From the NCBI RefSeq assembly GCF_009914755.1, contig NC_060930.1: a DNA stretch of 64,000 bases; one strand, 5' to 3'. The notes beneath the pieces are model-generated. The model saw only the letters and a list, made by a program, of their open reading frames with translations, searched no databases and was not told the DNA's origin. A program made the translations under genes and the position numbers. Shown piece after piece: positions 31,696 through 51,630 of this stretch; the stretch's first letter is position 1, and each line of letters starts with the position of its first letter. The DNA is from the human T2T-CHM13v2.0 reference genome, Homo sapiens.

Positions 31696-32278
31696 TGCCC
31701 AGGCTTGCTTAGGTAAACAAAGCAGCCAGGAAGCTCGAACCGGGTGGAGCCCACCACAGCTCAAGGAGGCCTGCCTGCCTCTGTAGGCTCCATCTCTGGG
31801 GGCAGGGCAGAGACTAACAAAAAGACAGCAGTAACCTCTGCAGACTTAAATGTCCCTGTCTGACAGCTTTGAAGAGAGCAGTGGTTCTCCCAGCACGCAG
31901 CTGGAGATCTGAGAATGGGCAGACTGCCTCCTCAAGTGGGTCCCTGACCCCTGAACCCCGAGCAGCCTAACTGGGAGGCACCACCCAGTAGGGGCAGACT
32001 GACACCTCACACGGCCGGGTACTCCTCCGAGACAAAACTTCCAGAGGAATGATCAGACAGCAGCATTCCCAGTTCATGAAAATCCGCTGTTCTGCAGACA
32101 CCGCTGCTGATACCCAGGCAAACAGGGTCTGGAGTGGACCTCTAGCAAACTCCAACAGACCTGCAGCTGAGGGTCCTGTCTGTTAGAAGGAAAACTAACA
32201 AACAGAAAGGACATCCACAACAAAAACCCATTTGTACATCACCATCATCACAGACCAAAAGTAGATAAAACCACAAAG

Positions 32279-34855
<2,577 letters not shown>

Positions 34856-34919
34856 AAAACCATCGAGACTAGGAAGAAACTGCATCAACTAATGAGCAAA
34901 ATAACCAGCTAACATCATA

Positions 34920-38756
<3,837 letters not shown>

Positions 38757-40229
38757 ACAATGAGAACACATGGACACAGGAAGGGGAACATCACACTCTG
38801 GGGACTGTTGTGGGGTGGGGGTAGGGGGAAGGTTAGCATTAGGAGATATAACTAATGCTAAATGACGAGTTAATGGGTGCAGCACACCAGCATGGCACAT
38901 GTATACATATGTAATTAACCTGCACATTGTGCACATGTACCCTAAACTTAAAGTATAATAATAATAAAAAAAAATAATAATAAAAAAGAAAAATCATAGT
39001 AAGATAGAAAACTAAGAATGTGGAACATGTGACACAAGGTTCCAGCTGTATGATGTCTTAGCCATACCCTTTTTACTTTTGTTTGCTAAGTATTAAGTGA
39101 TGCTATATATGTAATACTCTTCTATGCACCCTATTTAATAAAAACAAACATACACAGCTAATCTCACAAATTAAACATAGAAAATGGTGTTTTACATCTG
39201 TAGCTCTAAAAATTCAGAAGTACATCGTACCTGGAGTGCCTCTTATCCATGAAGATAATGCTATGGTCCTTCTATGGAGAGGCTTTGAACTTCATGCCAT
39301 TCCCAGGAGTGGTGCTGGCCTATTTAGGGTCTTTCTTTTGGCCTATGTCATGTTGTTATTAGCTGACTGATGACATAGAGGTGAAGGTCAGGAGCAGAGA
39401 ACAGAGGGAGGCTAACTGAGCTTACCAGAGCCACATGCATGCATGTCTCACAGAGCTCTACCTACATTCCTTGACTCATAAAGAAACTCTGAAGGAATTA
39501 GATTTATTGTGTAAGCTGTGAACTGCCCTAATGACAATCTTAACAATGTACTCAAAGCTGCCCAGCAAATGTCCAACTGTTCTTTATTCTACATAGAGGT
39601 ATAATTTACAAAGAGGAGATAGTCTTTAAAATTGTAGCTGAACAAACACCTGAAGCAACATAGTTATTGCAATGTAGAAGAAAAAGGCAAAATGGTGCCT
39701 TTTTTTGGTAATGGTTAGATTTTGGAGTTTCCTTTTTGAAAATGAAGAAATATAATCAATCGCATATGATTATTCTGTGATCCCCAAAAGCATGGTCTTC
39801 TGCTTGCAAGGGAAATTTTAAAAAGCAATGTTACTGTTGATTTCACATCCTAAAATATCAAGATGCCAGTTTATTTTATAGAAACTGTACTAGTCACATA
39901 GAAGGTTTTGTTTTCACAGGATTCTTTTTCATGGGAAAAATAATTATATATTTTAACCATAGAAATTAGTTTTAAAAAATTAGACTTTTCTTCCTTGATG
40001 TTGCCTAATGTTTGGGGGTGGGGAAGGAGAGATCTAGAAAAGTGCTCTGAGAGTGAGGGTGGCCTTTTCAAACTACACTTTCATATTCACACCAACTCCA
40101 TTGAGAGTCTCTACTGTAGGCATCCACTGTGTGGCTCATTGTATGGTACCACTGGGTGGCAACACGTCCCTCCCTGGGTTTGGAGGAGAAATGACTTAAC
40201 TTCGCTAAGGGAGATCAATGCAAGATGAA

Positions 40230-40465
40230 TCTGATTAAGAGCTGAAGTTGTGAGGGTGAACCACCCAGGTTCAAATTTTGACTCTACTGCTCCCTAGTTG
40301 TGTGACCTTGGGCGAGTTATTTAACTGCTCTAAGCCTTATTTTTAAAATGGGGATAATAACAGAAACATGCTTGCAAGTGAGGATTGAGAGATTTCAATT
40401 AGGTTAAGTAAGTAAGACACTCAGCACAGTGACAGTGCATATTAACTAGCACTCAATGAAAGTTA
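40230..40465 (+). mobile_element. MIR SINE
   Basis: ccaggttcaaattttgactctact...tgtgaccttgggcgagttatttaac..ctaagcct core. Confidence 0.75.
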
Positions 40466-41679
40466 CACAGTATAGCCATTGTCCCTAAAACTATTCAAAA
40501 AATCTCAGATCTGTTTAAGAAAGAATGCTGCTCTAGTGTCTAAGTGGGGACTTAATTCAAGGTATTTTCTCTACACAGTTGTAAAGAAAAGTCTTCCATT
40601 GGGTGGAATTTGACTAAATCTTCTCTAAGTTTTCTTTTTTCATTCTAGGACTCTGCAATGCAATTGAATACAGGAACTTTTGCCCCTTTGGCAGTCTCTA
40701 TAGAATGAACACTGTGTGAGCAGATGATGATTATATACTTAGTAATTTCATTGTAATTCAAAGTTCACTGGTCAGGTTCATGCCTACAATTTTTTATTTC
40801 AGTTGTCCTCAGCCGACCTGATTCTCATTATCTGTGAAGATTCCCATGGAATGATTCATCAGACTTTGCAACAAAACTCCTAAAGGTCAGCCAGTTGGTC
40901 TAGGAGAAAATAAGATTCCTGTGCTGAATTTTATTTTGCCTGCAAAAGTGCCATCCTTAGTGGCTTCTTGCTGTTGAGGTTCAAAGTCCTCCCCAAGTGT
41001 GTCCTAAATTATGCAACCATGTTTGCTTCCCTCTGCTTCCTTCTAACTGTTCACTCAAGGCTCCAGAACATGCCTTCCTACTGTTCCTTCTGTGAGGAAT
41101 AGAACCATCCTCCTCTTCATCTCTCTGTTCTTCCCTTTAAAGTCTTTCAAAGGGCAGTGCAAATTCCCTGCCTGCCCTTGCCTTGGCAAAACAGATATCT
41201 CTCTCTCTTCTACTCCCTCCTTCTCTTCCCTCCCTGTCTCCCACCTGCCTCCTTTCCCTCCTTTTTTCTCTGTCTCTCTCCTTCTCTCTTCTCCTCTCTC
41301 CTTCCTTTGAATCTCCATAGCCTCTGTGATCTGACCCATTCCCTTACTGCTTCAGATAACATGCTTTTTATTGTTGGAAAACCTCTTTAATGTCTATATG
41401 TTATCTCAACTAGACTGTACATTACCTGAGGAAGGCACTGTACTTCTTGACCTTATCACGGTCTGAGCATGTAGAAGAACTTCAATATAGATGTTACTTG
41501 ATCAACTCATTACAGAATACTTCCAATTCAGTGAAACTATCCACTATAGGATCCAAAAAGAGGAATTATTACTGATATTCAATGAAGGCTTTTTATGAGC
41601 TAGGCACTGTTTTAAGTGCTTTAAAAAGCATTAATTTGTTGTCTAAAAGAGTTAACTCACTTTATTTAAATGTATACTT

Positions 41680-41895
41680 GCCACGAGCCAGGTGCTTTGC
41701 CTATGTGTCTCATTTCTCATTTAATCCTCACTTCAACCCTGTGAAATAACTATTATAATCACCAGTTTAGAGATAAGAAAACTGAGGTTCAAAGAAAGCA
41801 AGTTCCCTAGGTTATATGGCCAGTTAGAGGTGGAAATGAAGTGCAAATCAGACGGGGCTGATTCTAAAACCCACATTGTCTCTGCTACACCATAC
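41680..41895 (-). mobile_element. MIR SINE
   Basis: tctcatttaatcctcac...agataagaaaactgaggttcaaaga reverse MIR core. Confidence 0.7.
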
Positions 41896-42918
41896 TGCAT
41901 AGAATCCACACTGCCATGCAAAACAAGCCAGCCAATGCCTGACTCTCTGAGAGCTTTCACAATGGCATCTCAACTGCTCCTGGACTGAACCATTATTTAG
42001 ACACTGTTGAGCTTTTGCTGCTGGCAAAGGCAGCAGTAGAAATTTTTGTGCAGTGTTAGAATGTTTTAAGTAACCCAGTAGATGATAAACGCCCGCTATG
42101 CTTATAAGGTTGCCATTGGTGGCCAAGTTGATTTTGTCTATCTTGCAGAGCAGTTGAGCTCTACTACACAAATACTACATGGGGAAATTCCTATTCTGCT
42201 GGTTCTGAAACAACAAAATCCTAAGGTGTACAGAAAGAGCACGTGGAGACTGGCCACAAGCTGGGATTTTGCGCTGAGGAGCCAGTGGGCCACCAGGTTG
42301 TGAAAAACTCAGGCTGTCCAGATAAATTAACACACCAAAACCACAAACAGAAAGCACATTTCTTAGTATTGCTCAGTAATTTCATCTCCAAGTAATGTAA
42401 TAATGTAAAAGCAATAAAAAGGTAAGTCTAGCGGGTGTAGGGAAATGGGTTTTCTTGATCCGTTGCTGGTGGTTATGTATACTGGAACCACCTTTCAGGA
42501 GACAAACTGGAAATACATATTGAAATCATATCTTTGAGCTAGCATTACAGATTCCTCTGAGCTAACTAGAGGAAAGAAAAAAAACACATGGCAGTGAGAA
42601 TCATTTCCTTCAGGGCACCCATATTCACTTACGACCAATCAAATGGAGCAGTCATCTGCATCCTTGTTGAATTGGGGATTTGAGGGAGAAGGAGATGTGT
42701 TTTATTATGTTATTTTTTTCCATATAATAAGAAACTAAAAAAAATCAAAAGGATATACAACACATAGTGAAAACTCCCCTTCCTAAACCCCATAGCCACC
42801 CAGTTCCTCTCTCTTGAAGCAACCTGTTACTAGCTTATGAGTCCTTCCAGAAATATTTTATGCAAACACACACACACAGACCACGTGAATGTCTTACCTT
42901 GTGACCAGGACTATATAC

Positions 42919-43258
42919 ATAGGCATCCCTTTGTATCCCCAGGCAATTGGTTTCTGGACCACTCCTCCTTATCCCCCTACTTTCCTATACCAAAATCCTC
43001 AGATGCTCAAGTCCATTATATAAAATGGCATAGTGTTTTCATATAACCTATGCACATTCTCCTATATACTTTAAATCATCTCTAGATTACATCCAGTACC
43101 CTAACGCAATGTAAATGTTATATAAACCGTTGTTACACTGTCTTGGTTTTTTATTTGTTATTTTTATTGTTGTATTATGTTTTTTTTTTTGAATATTTTC
43201 AATACTCAATTGGTTGAATCTGTGGATTTGGAACCTGCAGATACGGAGGGCTGACTAT
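42919..43258. mobile_element. MER2 (TcMar-Tigger) non-autonomous DNA transposon
   Basis: ataccaaaatcctcagatgctcaagtccattatataaaatggc...tactttaaatcatctctagattac...gatacggagggctgact with imperfect TIRs and TA flanks. Confidence 0.85.
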
Positions 43259-46200
43259 ATATTTGGCATTCAGGTGACTTTTGTTTTGCAGTATATTCAT
43301 TCAATAGGGGTAGAAGACTGTAATATTAGTTATAGGAGAGGCACTAAGCTTTAGGGTAAATTTTATATTAGAAATGTATTTTATTGTCTAATCATTGAGG
43401 ATCTGATCTCATCAATTCGCTGACTTTCATTATATCCACCTGGAAAGAATGGCCATGAATATGGAAACTTATGTTGTCCTTGGCCACAAATGTTTGAAAC
43501 TCTCCAATCTGGACTAGTTGTCTTTTCTTCCTAGGATCCTCCTTCACCAAAATCTGGGAATCCTTTTTTCTGACCTGTGTTTGTATGCTTTGTTTTCTTC
43601 ATGCACCCTTCCTCTTTCTTGATATGCTTTCTGCTTTTGGTTTGGTACGCCCTCCAGGAGCCTCCTGAGAAAATATGAGAATAAAATTTTTGTATGTCTG
43701 AAAATCTCTTTATTCTACCCTTTCCCTTGACTGATAGTTTGGCTGAGTATTGAAATTCTAAGTTGAAAATAATTATCTTTCTGACTTTGAAAGCATTGCT
43801 CTAGTGTTTTTAGAGGCTTTGTGGAGGAATCTGAAGCTGTACCAATTCCTATTCTTTGCACTCCTTCATTTGTAGAGAGCAAGAACAAATAAAGCCAGGC
43901 CACAGTCATCCTTACCATTCTCCTACTCCTTGTCTCAAGGCAAGATACTCACATGGTCTGGGCTTCTCTCCTGAGTTGGAAGTGACTGCTGATCTATGAG
44001 GTCCTTCCCAAATGTAGGGTTCACTTGTGAAGATATAGATAAGAACATTCTAAAACCCCTCTGAGTAGGAGAATTGTTTCTTATCATCACTGTTTAATAA
44101 TCATGAAAATTATTGCTTTTATACTTCTTATCTTTATCCAACCCTTTTCTTGACTCTATTCACTGATTTGGGGAAAACACATTAATTCAAACTAATAGGC
44201 ATGTCAAGATTAATGAAAAGTCTAAATTACAGAGCATATTCAAACCATTACCGGCATCTGTGTTGCAGTGGAGTGAACTTTGGATTATGCATCTGAAGAC
44301 CTATGTTCAATGAAGTCCCAGCTTGGCTATGTCATGTGTTCTTGGACTAGTCCATTGTCCTCTTTGAGCCACTGCTTCCCTCTCTATAAAATAGGCATGA
44401 TGCCTATCTCACAGGGTTGCTGTGACAATAAAACATATCACATGCAGTGGTTTAGTACATTGTACAACAAAGCATCACACACATGCGGGAAGCGCTCTCA
44501 CAGTCATTTAAAGCAGATAAATGATACTGTCTAGTGTACTTCCTTGGGGAACCTAGTTTAATATATAGATAAGAGTGTGTTACTTGCATATTTGTTAATA
44601 TTAATGTGCTTTTAGGTTGCTTAGTAACTGTTCTACTTAAGTTAAATTTTTTGCTATAATAATTAGTTTAACAAATCCTTTTTTCCAAGACATCATAAAA
44701 CTAAACTTTAGCCCAAGTCCTTGTCTAAATTATTAGAAACTTCAAATACATAAATTTTATTGCAGTTGTACTTGTTTTATCATTTAGAAAAACATAAAAT
44801 TGCCACTCCAGAGTAGCAAGATTTTTCTGGGAATAACATTACTGAAATAACACTGAGGTTTTGGTGATTTGAAATAAATGGAACCCTGTTATTATTACTT
44901 GAAGCTGAATTGGGTTTTTTAGTGGAAAATAAAATAGGACAAAAGTAACTTAAAGGAAGAAGTGGCAATTTTATTTATTTTTTTATAAAATTGTACAGAC
45001 ATATCTTATAAAATGCCCCAAACAAAGCAACAATGACTATAGACTGGATTGAAATGGGTTTACATGCCAGCTACATTTGACATTATACCTCAAGGACTCT
45101 TGCCCTTTCTATGTACTGCTGTTTAGATCAAAGAAATAAACAAGAAGCATCTGAGAATTCTGTCATTCAGGAGGAAATATAGTTAAATACTGCAAACATA
45201 TAAAGGGGGATTCAACCAAAATTGAAACCTAATGAGAATATAGGAGTCATCTTTTTTCTTCCTATCACAGATTTCTCTGATCAAAGTGTCCTTATTTCTA
45301 ATATTATCGCACATTTGTGAAAAGAATTTGGTATAGTTCAGTCTTTGATCAGGTAATATCATTTTATTCCACAAATATGTACTGAGCACCTGCTATGTAC
45401 CAGGCACAGTTCTAGATGCTGTGATGCAGCAGAAAATAATATATACAACCTTTCTTGCCCTCGTGGAACTTCCATTCTAGAGACTGTCCAGAGACCAGTC
45501 AGGTAAGAAAAGCCTGGGTGGCAGACATTCCAGAACATGAGAGGAAGTGATGATCATGAGCCAGTATCATCTTTCTCTTGGTGCTTAAGGGAACTACAAG
45601 CCTTTGGCTCCAGTATATTTTGACTCCAGACCTGATTCCAAAACTTCTACTTTTGTATACATCTGGAAGGCAAAGAGAGACTCAAGGCACAGTGGTCTGA
45701 AGAACCTGGGTGCATATGAAGGAATCGTATCATCTAACTGGAAAACTCACTGGTCTCCTCTTTCACCAAAACAACAAAGGCAAGCTGCCAATTTTATCTG
45801 GTATAGCAGAAGTATTGCAGGACAGCCTCAGTTTTTAACATTCTGTCCTGTTCTCCTCATGAGTACACACATACTTGTCACACCATGTTCTTCTAACTTT
45901 GGGATGGGAAAATGTGGCCTCTGTCACCATAAATCAAATACTGGAGCAGCAGCTGAGACATTTTAACTCTGCAGTGCCAGCACCATGTAGCAAAGACACC
46001 AAGGGGAGATAGACTGATTAACAGCCACAGTAATGGCTGCAATCGTGAAGAAAAGATCCATAACTGTTATATGCCAGGAAGCCTCGTGGCAACTGAGGAG
46101 TAGAAGAGGGGACTTTCAAAACATCTAAAACCATGTTGAGAGCCATTAGGGAGAACCAAGCACTACCTAAACAGTAAACTTTTCTTCCTATTTTCCTATT

Positions 46201-46609
46201 GCTTCCCTGATTGGGTAAGAGAGAGCTCTGATGTGCTTACTGAAACTCTCCGGTTGAAATTCTGGCCACATCTAGCTTTTCCTGCCCTGCTCTTTTCCTA
46301 TTGCAAATTCACCATGTATAGTCTTCCCTAAGAAATGAGGTCATAGAGGCAGAACTGGAATAAACATCCATCCAGTCACAAGCTCCTCAATACAAAATAG
46401 TCTCAGCTTTGTATCATTTGACTAGAGGTTCCATTTCTTCTTAATAACAAAACAACAAATTATATAAATGTGTATTTGCATTTTTGGAAGTTCACTTTAG
46501 TTTTGTAGGAATGGAGACTGTCTTGTTCTCTACTCTCCTTTCTGATCACGTCCAGAGATGTGAAGTCTCGCTTGCTCAAGTTATTTGATTTTGTTAAACA
46601 TAACGTCAC

Positions 46610-46735
46610 AGATTTTTTGAGCCAAATCAGATTTTATAGGTCACCTAGTCCAAACCCTCATTTAGCAGATGAAGAAACTGAGACCCAAGGAGGTTAAGTA
46701 ACTATCCCTGGTCACAAATCCAATCAATAGCAGGG
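46610..46735 (-). mobile_element. MIR fragment
   Basis: ctagtccaaaccctcatttagcagatgaagaaactgagacccaaggaggttaagtaac. Confidence 0.7.
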
Positions 46736-49700
46736 TGAGGGGTCACTGACCCAAACCCCACAGTCATTCCACTGAATGCAAGAACACACCGAATTACATT
46801 GCCAACAGACTTCTCATATCCCCAAGATCCTCCAGTGGTTTGGGGAGGAAATGAAATCTCTTACAGAGAGATTTCACAGGGAGGCAGGAAAAGCACTCAA
46901 GTACATAGAAGCAGCAAGATCCCCCGAGAGTGACCTGAAGCTTCCCATGTATTCAAATGCATGGGGGCATTTTTGACCACTCTTGGAGCATTTCCCAGCC
47001 TGTAGATGGTACAGTTGGGCATAGAGTAATTTAAGGGAGTCATCTTTGTGAACTCTTGTGCCTGAGGACTTTCGTTCATATCAGATGCAGGAATCATCAA
47101 ATCCTAAGATCTGTATGATTCTTGATACATGATATAGCCCTAGCCAGTGGCTAGGACATGTCATCACATGTAGTATAGGAAGCTTCATTTGGACAAGCAT
47201 GAACAGAAGCCCCTTTTCATCACAGTGGATTTCTAAAACTGATTTTGTATAAAGATGACTGCAATAAAATGGGCTATAGTTGCCATAGAAACATGATTTC
47301 TAGAGTTTGGTAGCAGTTTTACGTGTGTATGTGTGTGTGAGTGTGTATGTGTGTGGGGAGGGGTGTATTCTTGACCAAAAAGGAGCTGCCATAGACACGT
47401 AGCACCTAAAATGGGTAAAACCAATTTGCTTACACCATAGTCATGCATCATTTATTTGGCTTAGAGATGATTTATTAGCTCTCACATGAATTAATTAAAT
47501 ATTTAATTTACCGTCCTCTGGTTTGCCTCCATAGAATTTAGAAGGACTTCGAGATGTTAATTTAAATAGCTCAGTTCTCTTTAATATGCTACCCACTAAC
47601 TTTGAACTGCTACCTTTTTTCCTCCTTGAAAAGTGTCTCCATAGCAAAGAGAATCATTTAAAATTATTCTATTGCCCAGAATTTCTTTTAAAGTGGTGGG
47701 TACTTAATACATTTTTGTTGGTGATAGTAACTGAAAAATTTCTGGAAAACATGGGCTAATCCTACAATTCTTCCCATCTTCTCCTGCCCCTTCAATTTAT
47801 TTAAAGCTACAAGTAAGGGCAACAGTTCACCTGTCAGTCAAAAAGCACCGTGGCCCAGAAACAGGAAGAGACACACCCTTCATGGTCATAGAACCTACAT
47901 GAACTTTGTGGCTGAGCTTTTTGACCACCTCACATGCCACTGAAAGCATCAAGCCAACTACCAGACTTTTAGAATGGGCATTTTATTAAAGAGTTCACAG
48001 ATTTGAGATGGGGATAAGCAACAGTCTAGCTGTACTGGTTCTTTCTTTCTTCTGGAGTGGGTACACAGTCACTGGAAGTGCTGAATACAAGGGAGTGAGT
48101 GTGGAGAATTTAATTATGGGTGTTGATTAGGCAGCTGGATAATTGGGACTGACAATGGTGTCTGTATAGCACAACAAGGCAGAAATGGTCCTGGTCAATG
48201 TAAAATTGGTAAAATTTGCTGGGTTGTTTTCTCTCTGAAGATCTGAATTTTGACTACAGTAGTCAAGTATTCCCCTAATTGTGTGTTCTGTCTGCAAATG
48301 TATTTGGGAAGATTTTTTATCCTGGGACTTTATGAACAACTCAAAGTATAAATGGTTAGTAAAACTGAAAAGGGTTTAATGTGGCTGCTAATAAATAATA
48401 TAAATAAAAATGATAATCCTCTAGCTTTTATCTGTTGTCCATCCTAATACTGCCAAGGATGGGGTTAGCAGGTACATTCATGTACTGAAGGGGCAAGGGT
48501 AACAAAATGTACCCTTTCTGTAAAACAGGGAGAAATTCATAATTTTCTAGCCAGTATTTACATTCTTAGGAGCCCTAATTCCCAGTACTTGGCAATCTAT
48601 ATTTTCATTATTCTGGGTTAAGAATTACCCTCTCCTCACTAATGACTCAGAGGAATATAATGTTTCAAAGCAGAATTTCTTGACGTAGTTTCCACAGAAA
48701 ACTTGTCCTGTTCTTTTGACTAATCATTTCAAGATCTGAAAAATACAGAGTCCTGGATGGTCCCTAGGGACTTCCATGATGAATGGTTGACATATTAATA
48801 CTCTAAGAAATCATGCAGTAAAAAGACTTGCCTAACATTACCTTTTTTTTATTTCTCACAAATTTACTTGACCATGGAATCTGTTGGTCAGATTATACCT
48901 ATCAACCTCCTCGGGTACTTTACAAAACCCTGTCCTACAGCAGAAATCCTCATAGAATGCTGTCATGGAGAAGTTAACCATCTGCTCAATGCTTTCTGCA
49001 AGCTCAGGAATCTCTGCTACTTTACCCTCAAGGTGAGATCACACAAGTCTAGTAAAATGAACTCACTATTTCACAAGGATGCCATATGGCTACTAAAAAC
49101 TTCTTCCTTATATTGAGCCTAAATTTGTGATTCAGGAGCACTCACTCATTGCTACTAATTCTAGTCCCTGGAGCCACACAAGTTAACATTTTCTTCTATT
49201 TGGCAGGCTTTCAAATATCTAAAGATAATGATTATATACATACTGAGTTAATACATACTACTACAGGTTAACAAGCTCATGTCGTCAAATTTTTGGCTTG
49301 TGATGTTATTTTCAGTTCTTCAACATCCTAATTTTCCTCAATTATGCTTTACTTTGTCAATGTCCTTCTTATAACATAACCCCAAAGACTGCAGTTATGA
49401 CAATATTATGGATATAATTAGAGCATTTAAAGACAGTGGGATTATTACTTCCCTCAGTCTCAACTATCACTTCATAGATTGCCACAGGTTGTGTTTCTGG
49501 AAAACAGGCTCTGAGATAGAGATTAGTGTGTGGGATCCACACCCACGGAAGGAAGAGATGGAAGTGTGACAGGACAAAGGGAGAAGTTGAGTAGAGATGC
49601 AGGATTGACAGAAATTGTCTCTCAGAGTTGACAAGTTGGCGATAACCAAGTTTAGGTGAGAAGGCTTACCTTCTATACCTTTCTCCTCCATCATCCATTC

Positions 49701-49949
49701 GTCACTGGATGAAGGCCACCTAGAAAGGGGGTGTCATCTCCTTAAGAAAGGCAATCCCCAAAGGGGCTGTCACCTGAGGGCTGGCAGCTGGCCACACTCC
49801 CAGCAGTGGAGGGAATAAGTCTTCCATTCCTGAAAGCTGTTCTGACAGCACATGATGGCATCCATCATACAGCTCATCCATGACCTTATAGACCCCAATG
49901 AGGGTTTATGTTAAACTCGACTGAGGACCGTGAATGAGTATCAAGGAGG

Positions 49950-50730
49950 TGAATGACATGACTGTTTTTGCATTTTTAGTGGCTCACTCATGCTATTGTA
50001 CAGAAACTAGAGTGGAGCCAGGGTAGAAGCAGAGGAGACAGTCAGGAGGCCAGGGCTGAAGTCCTGGGTGAGACAAGGCCATGGCAGGGCCTAGAATGAT
50101 GGCAGTGGGTGAACATGGAGAGACGTGACTACAGGTGGATCTATTTCAGAGAGAGAGCAGTTAGATCTTGTAAACAAAGTGAAGTCGATTGTGAGGAGTG
50201 AAATGGGGTTGGACATGACTCCAAGGGCACTGGCCTGAACCACAGAGGGAGGAGGGAAGTCATCACCAGGACAAGGAATACTGGAGGAGGGACCATTAGG
50301 ATGAGGGTACAGAGGGGACATGCTAAGTTTGATGAGTATGAGACATCCAAAAATATAAAGTAAGCAGTTGTAAATATAGATCTGGAGCTCAAAAAAGAAA
50401 TCTGAGCTGGCAGTATAAATTTGGGAGCCCATCGATGTGTATTGAGCCCTTGGAAAGAGATGGATATTCCAGAAAGATCCTATAGAATGAGAAAGAGAGA
50501 AAGGAAAAGGAGGTCCAAGACAGACACTTGAAAGGCCCCAAAATCGAGGGGCTGGTTAACAGAGGGTGACATACAGAGGAGACTGAGAAGGAAGGAGAAG
50601 AGAGAAGAGCAGAGGGAAAGCCAGAGGGTGTGGTGCCATCAGAGCCAAGGAAGGAGAGCATTGAGGAAGGAGGGAGCAGCAGTCGGCGGCAAATACTGCA
50701 GAGGGGAGAGTGAGAGAAGAACAGAAATGC
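49950..50730 (-). mobile_element. L2 LINE fragment (continues ~51950-52600)
   Basis: Purine-rich reverse L2 (tgagacatccaa..., agatctggagctc..., taaatttgggagcc). Confidence 0.65.
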
Positions 50731-50744
50731 CCAAGGGGAGTTAT

Positions 50745-50757
50745 TGCTGAGTCAGCA
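50745..50757. promoter_or_regulatory. Perfect palindromic T-MARE (Maf/AP-1/CNC) motif
   Basis: TGCTGAGTCAGCA seen directly; function not demonstrated. Confidence 0.4.
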
Positions 50758-50969
50758 CTGCTTAGTAAGCACTGCTTCAGACAGACCTAAAAGATGTGAA
50801 GGGAAGAATAGAAATGCTTCTGTTTTATTTTGTTGTTGCTGTTGTTATTGCTATATTTTCAGCATCCTTCCTTCTGGCCACCAAGCACATGGCTTGGTGA
50901 AGAGTGGTCATCACATCGGCTGGCTGGCGTCTGGGATGGCACATGGCCCAGGCTGTGCCATCCCCTACT

Positions 50970-51630
50970 GTGTTCATTGTCCATGGCTGCTGTAACAAAT
51001 GACCCAAAACTGGGTTGTTTAAAATAACAGGAATTTCTTCTCTCCTATGCTGGAGGCCAGAAATCTGAAAGGAAGATGCCTTCAGGGTCATGTTTCCTCT
51101 GGAGGTTTAGGGGAATATCCATTCCTGAGCTGTCCCAGCTCCTAGTGGCTGCTGGCATTCCTGGGTTTGTGTCTGCATCACTCCCATCTCTGCCTCAGTG
51201 GTCACATTTCCTTCTCCTCTTCTATGAGTAGATCTTATTATATCACTTATAAGTACACTTGATATGGCATTTTGGGTCCGCTTTGCTTGGAAATCTCCTT
51301 AGCTAAATATCCAAGTTCATCATTTACAAGGGATGCTGTCCACACAACTCTAGGGCACAATTCAGCTAAGTTTTGGTCACTGCATAACAAAGATCACCTT
51401 TCCTCCAGTTTCTAATAAAAAGTTGAGCCTTCATTAGAGGTGTCTTCAATGTTTATATTTCTACCAATATTTTGTTCAAAGCAATCTAGATTTTTTTTGC
51501 TGTTGTGCACCTGAAAATTCTCCCAGCCTCTGCTACTATTTAATTCCAAAGCCATTTATAAACTTTTGGTACCTGTTAAAACAGCACTGCATTTCCAGAT
51601 GCCAAAGTCTGTATGATTTCCTATGGCTAA
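50970..51630 (-). mobile_element. MLT1 MaLR LTR (MLT1C/D-like) plus internal-region fragment
   Basis: ggctgctgtaacaaatgacccaaaactgggt...tggaggccagaaatctgaaa; downstream ttccaaagcca...gtacctgttaaaacagcac resembles the MaLR-int 5' end. Confidence 0.75.

Noticed and set aside
41055-41390. Overlapping E/R/G-rich and S/L/P/F-rich ORFs
   Set aside because: Artefact of a CT-rich low-complexity tract.
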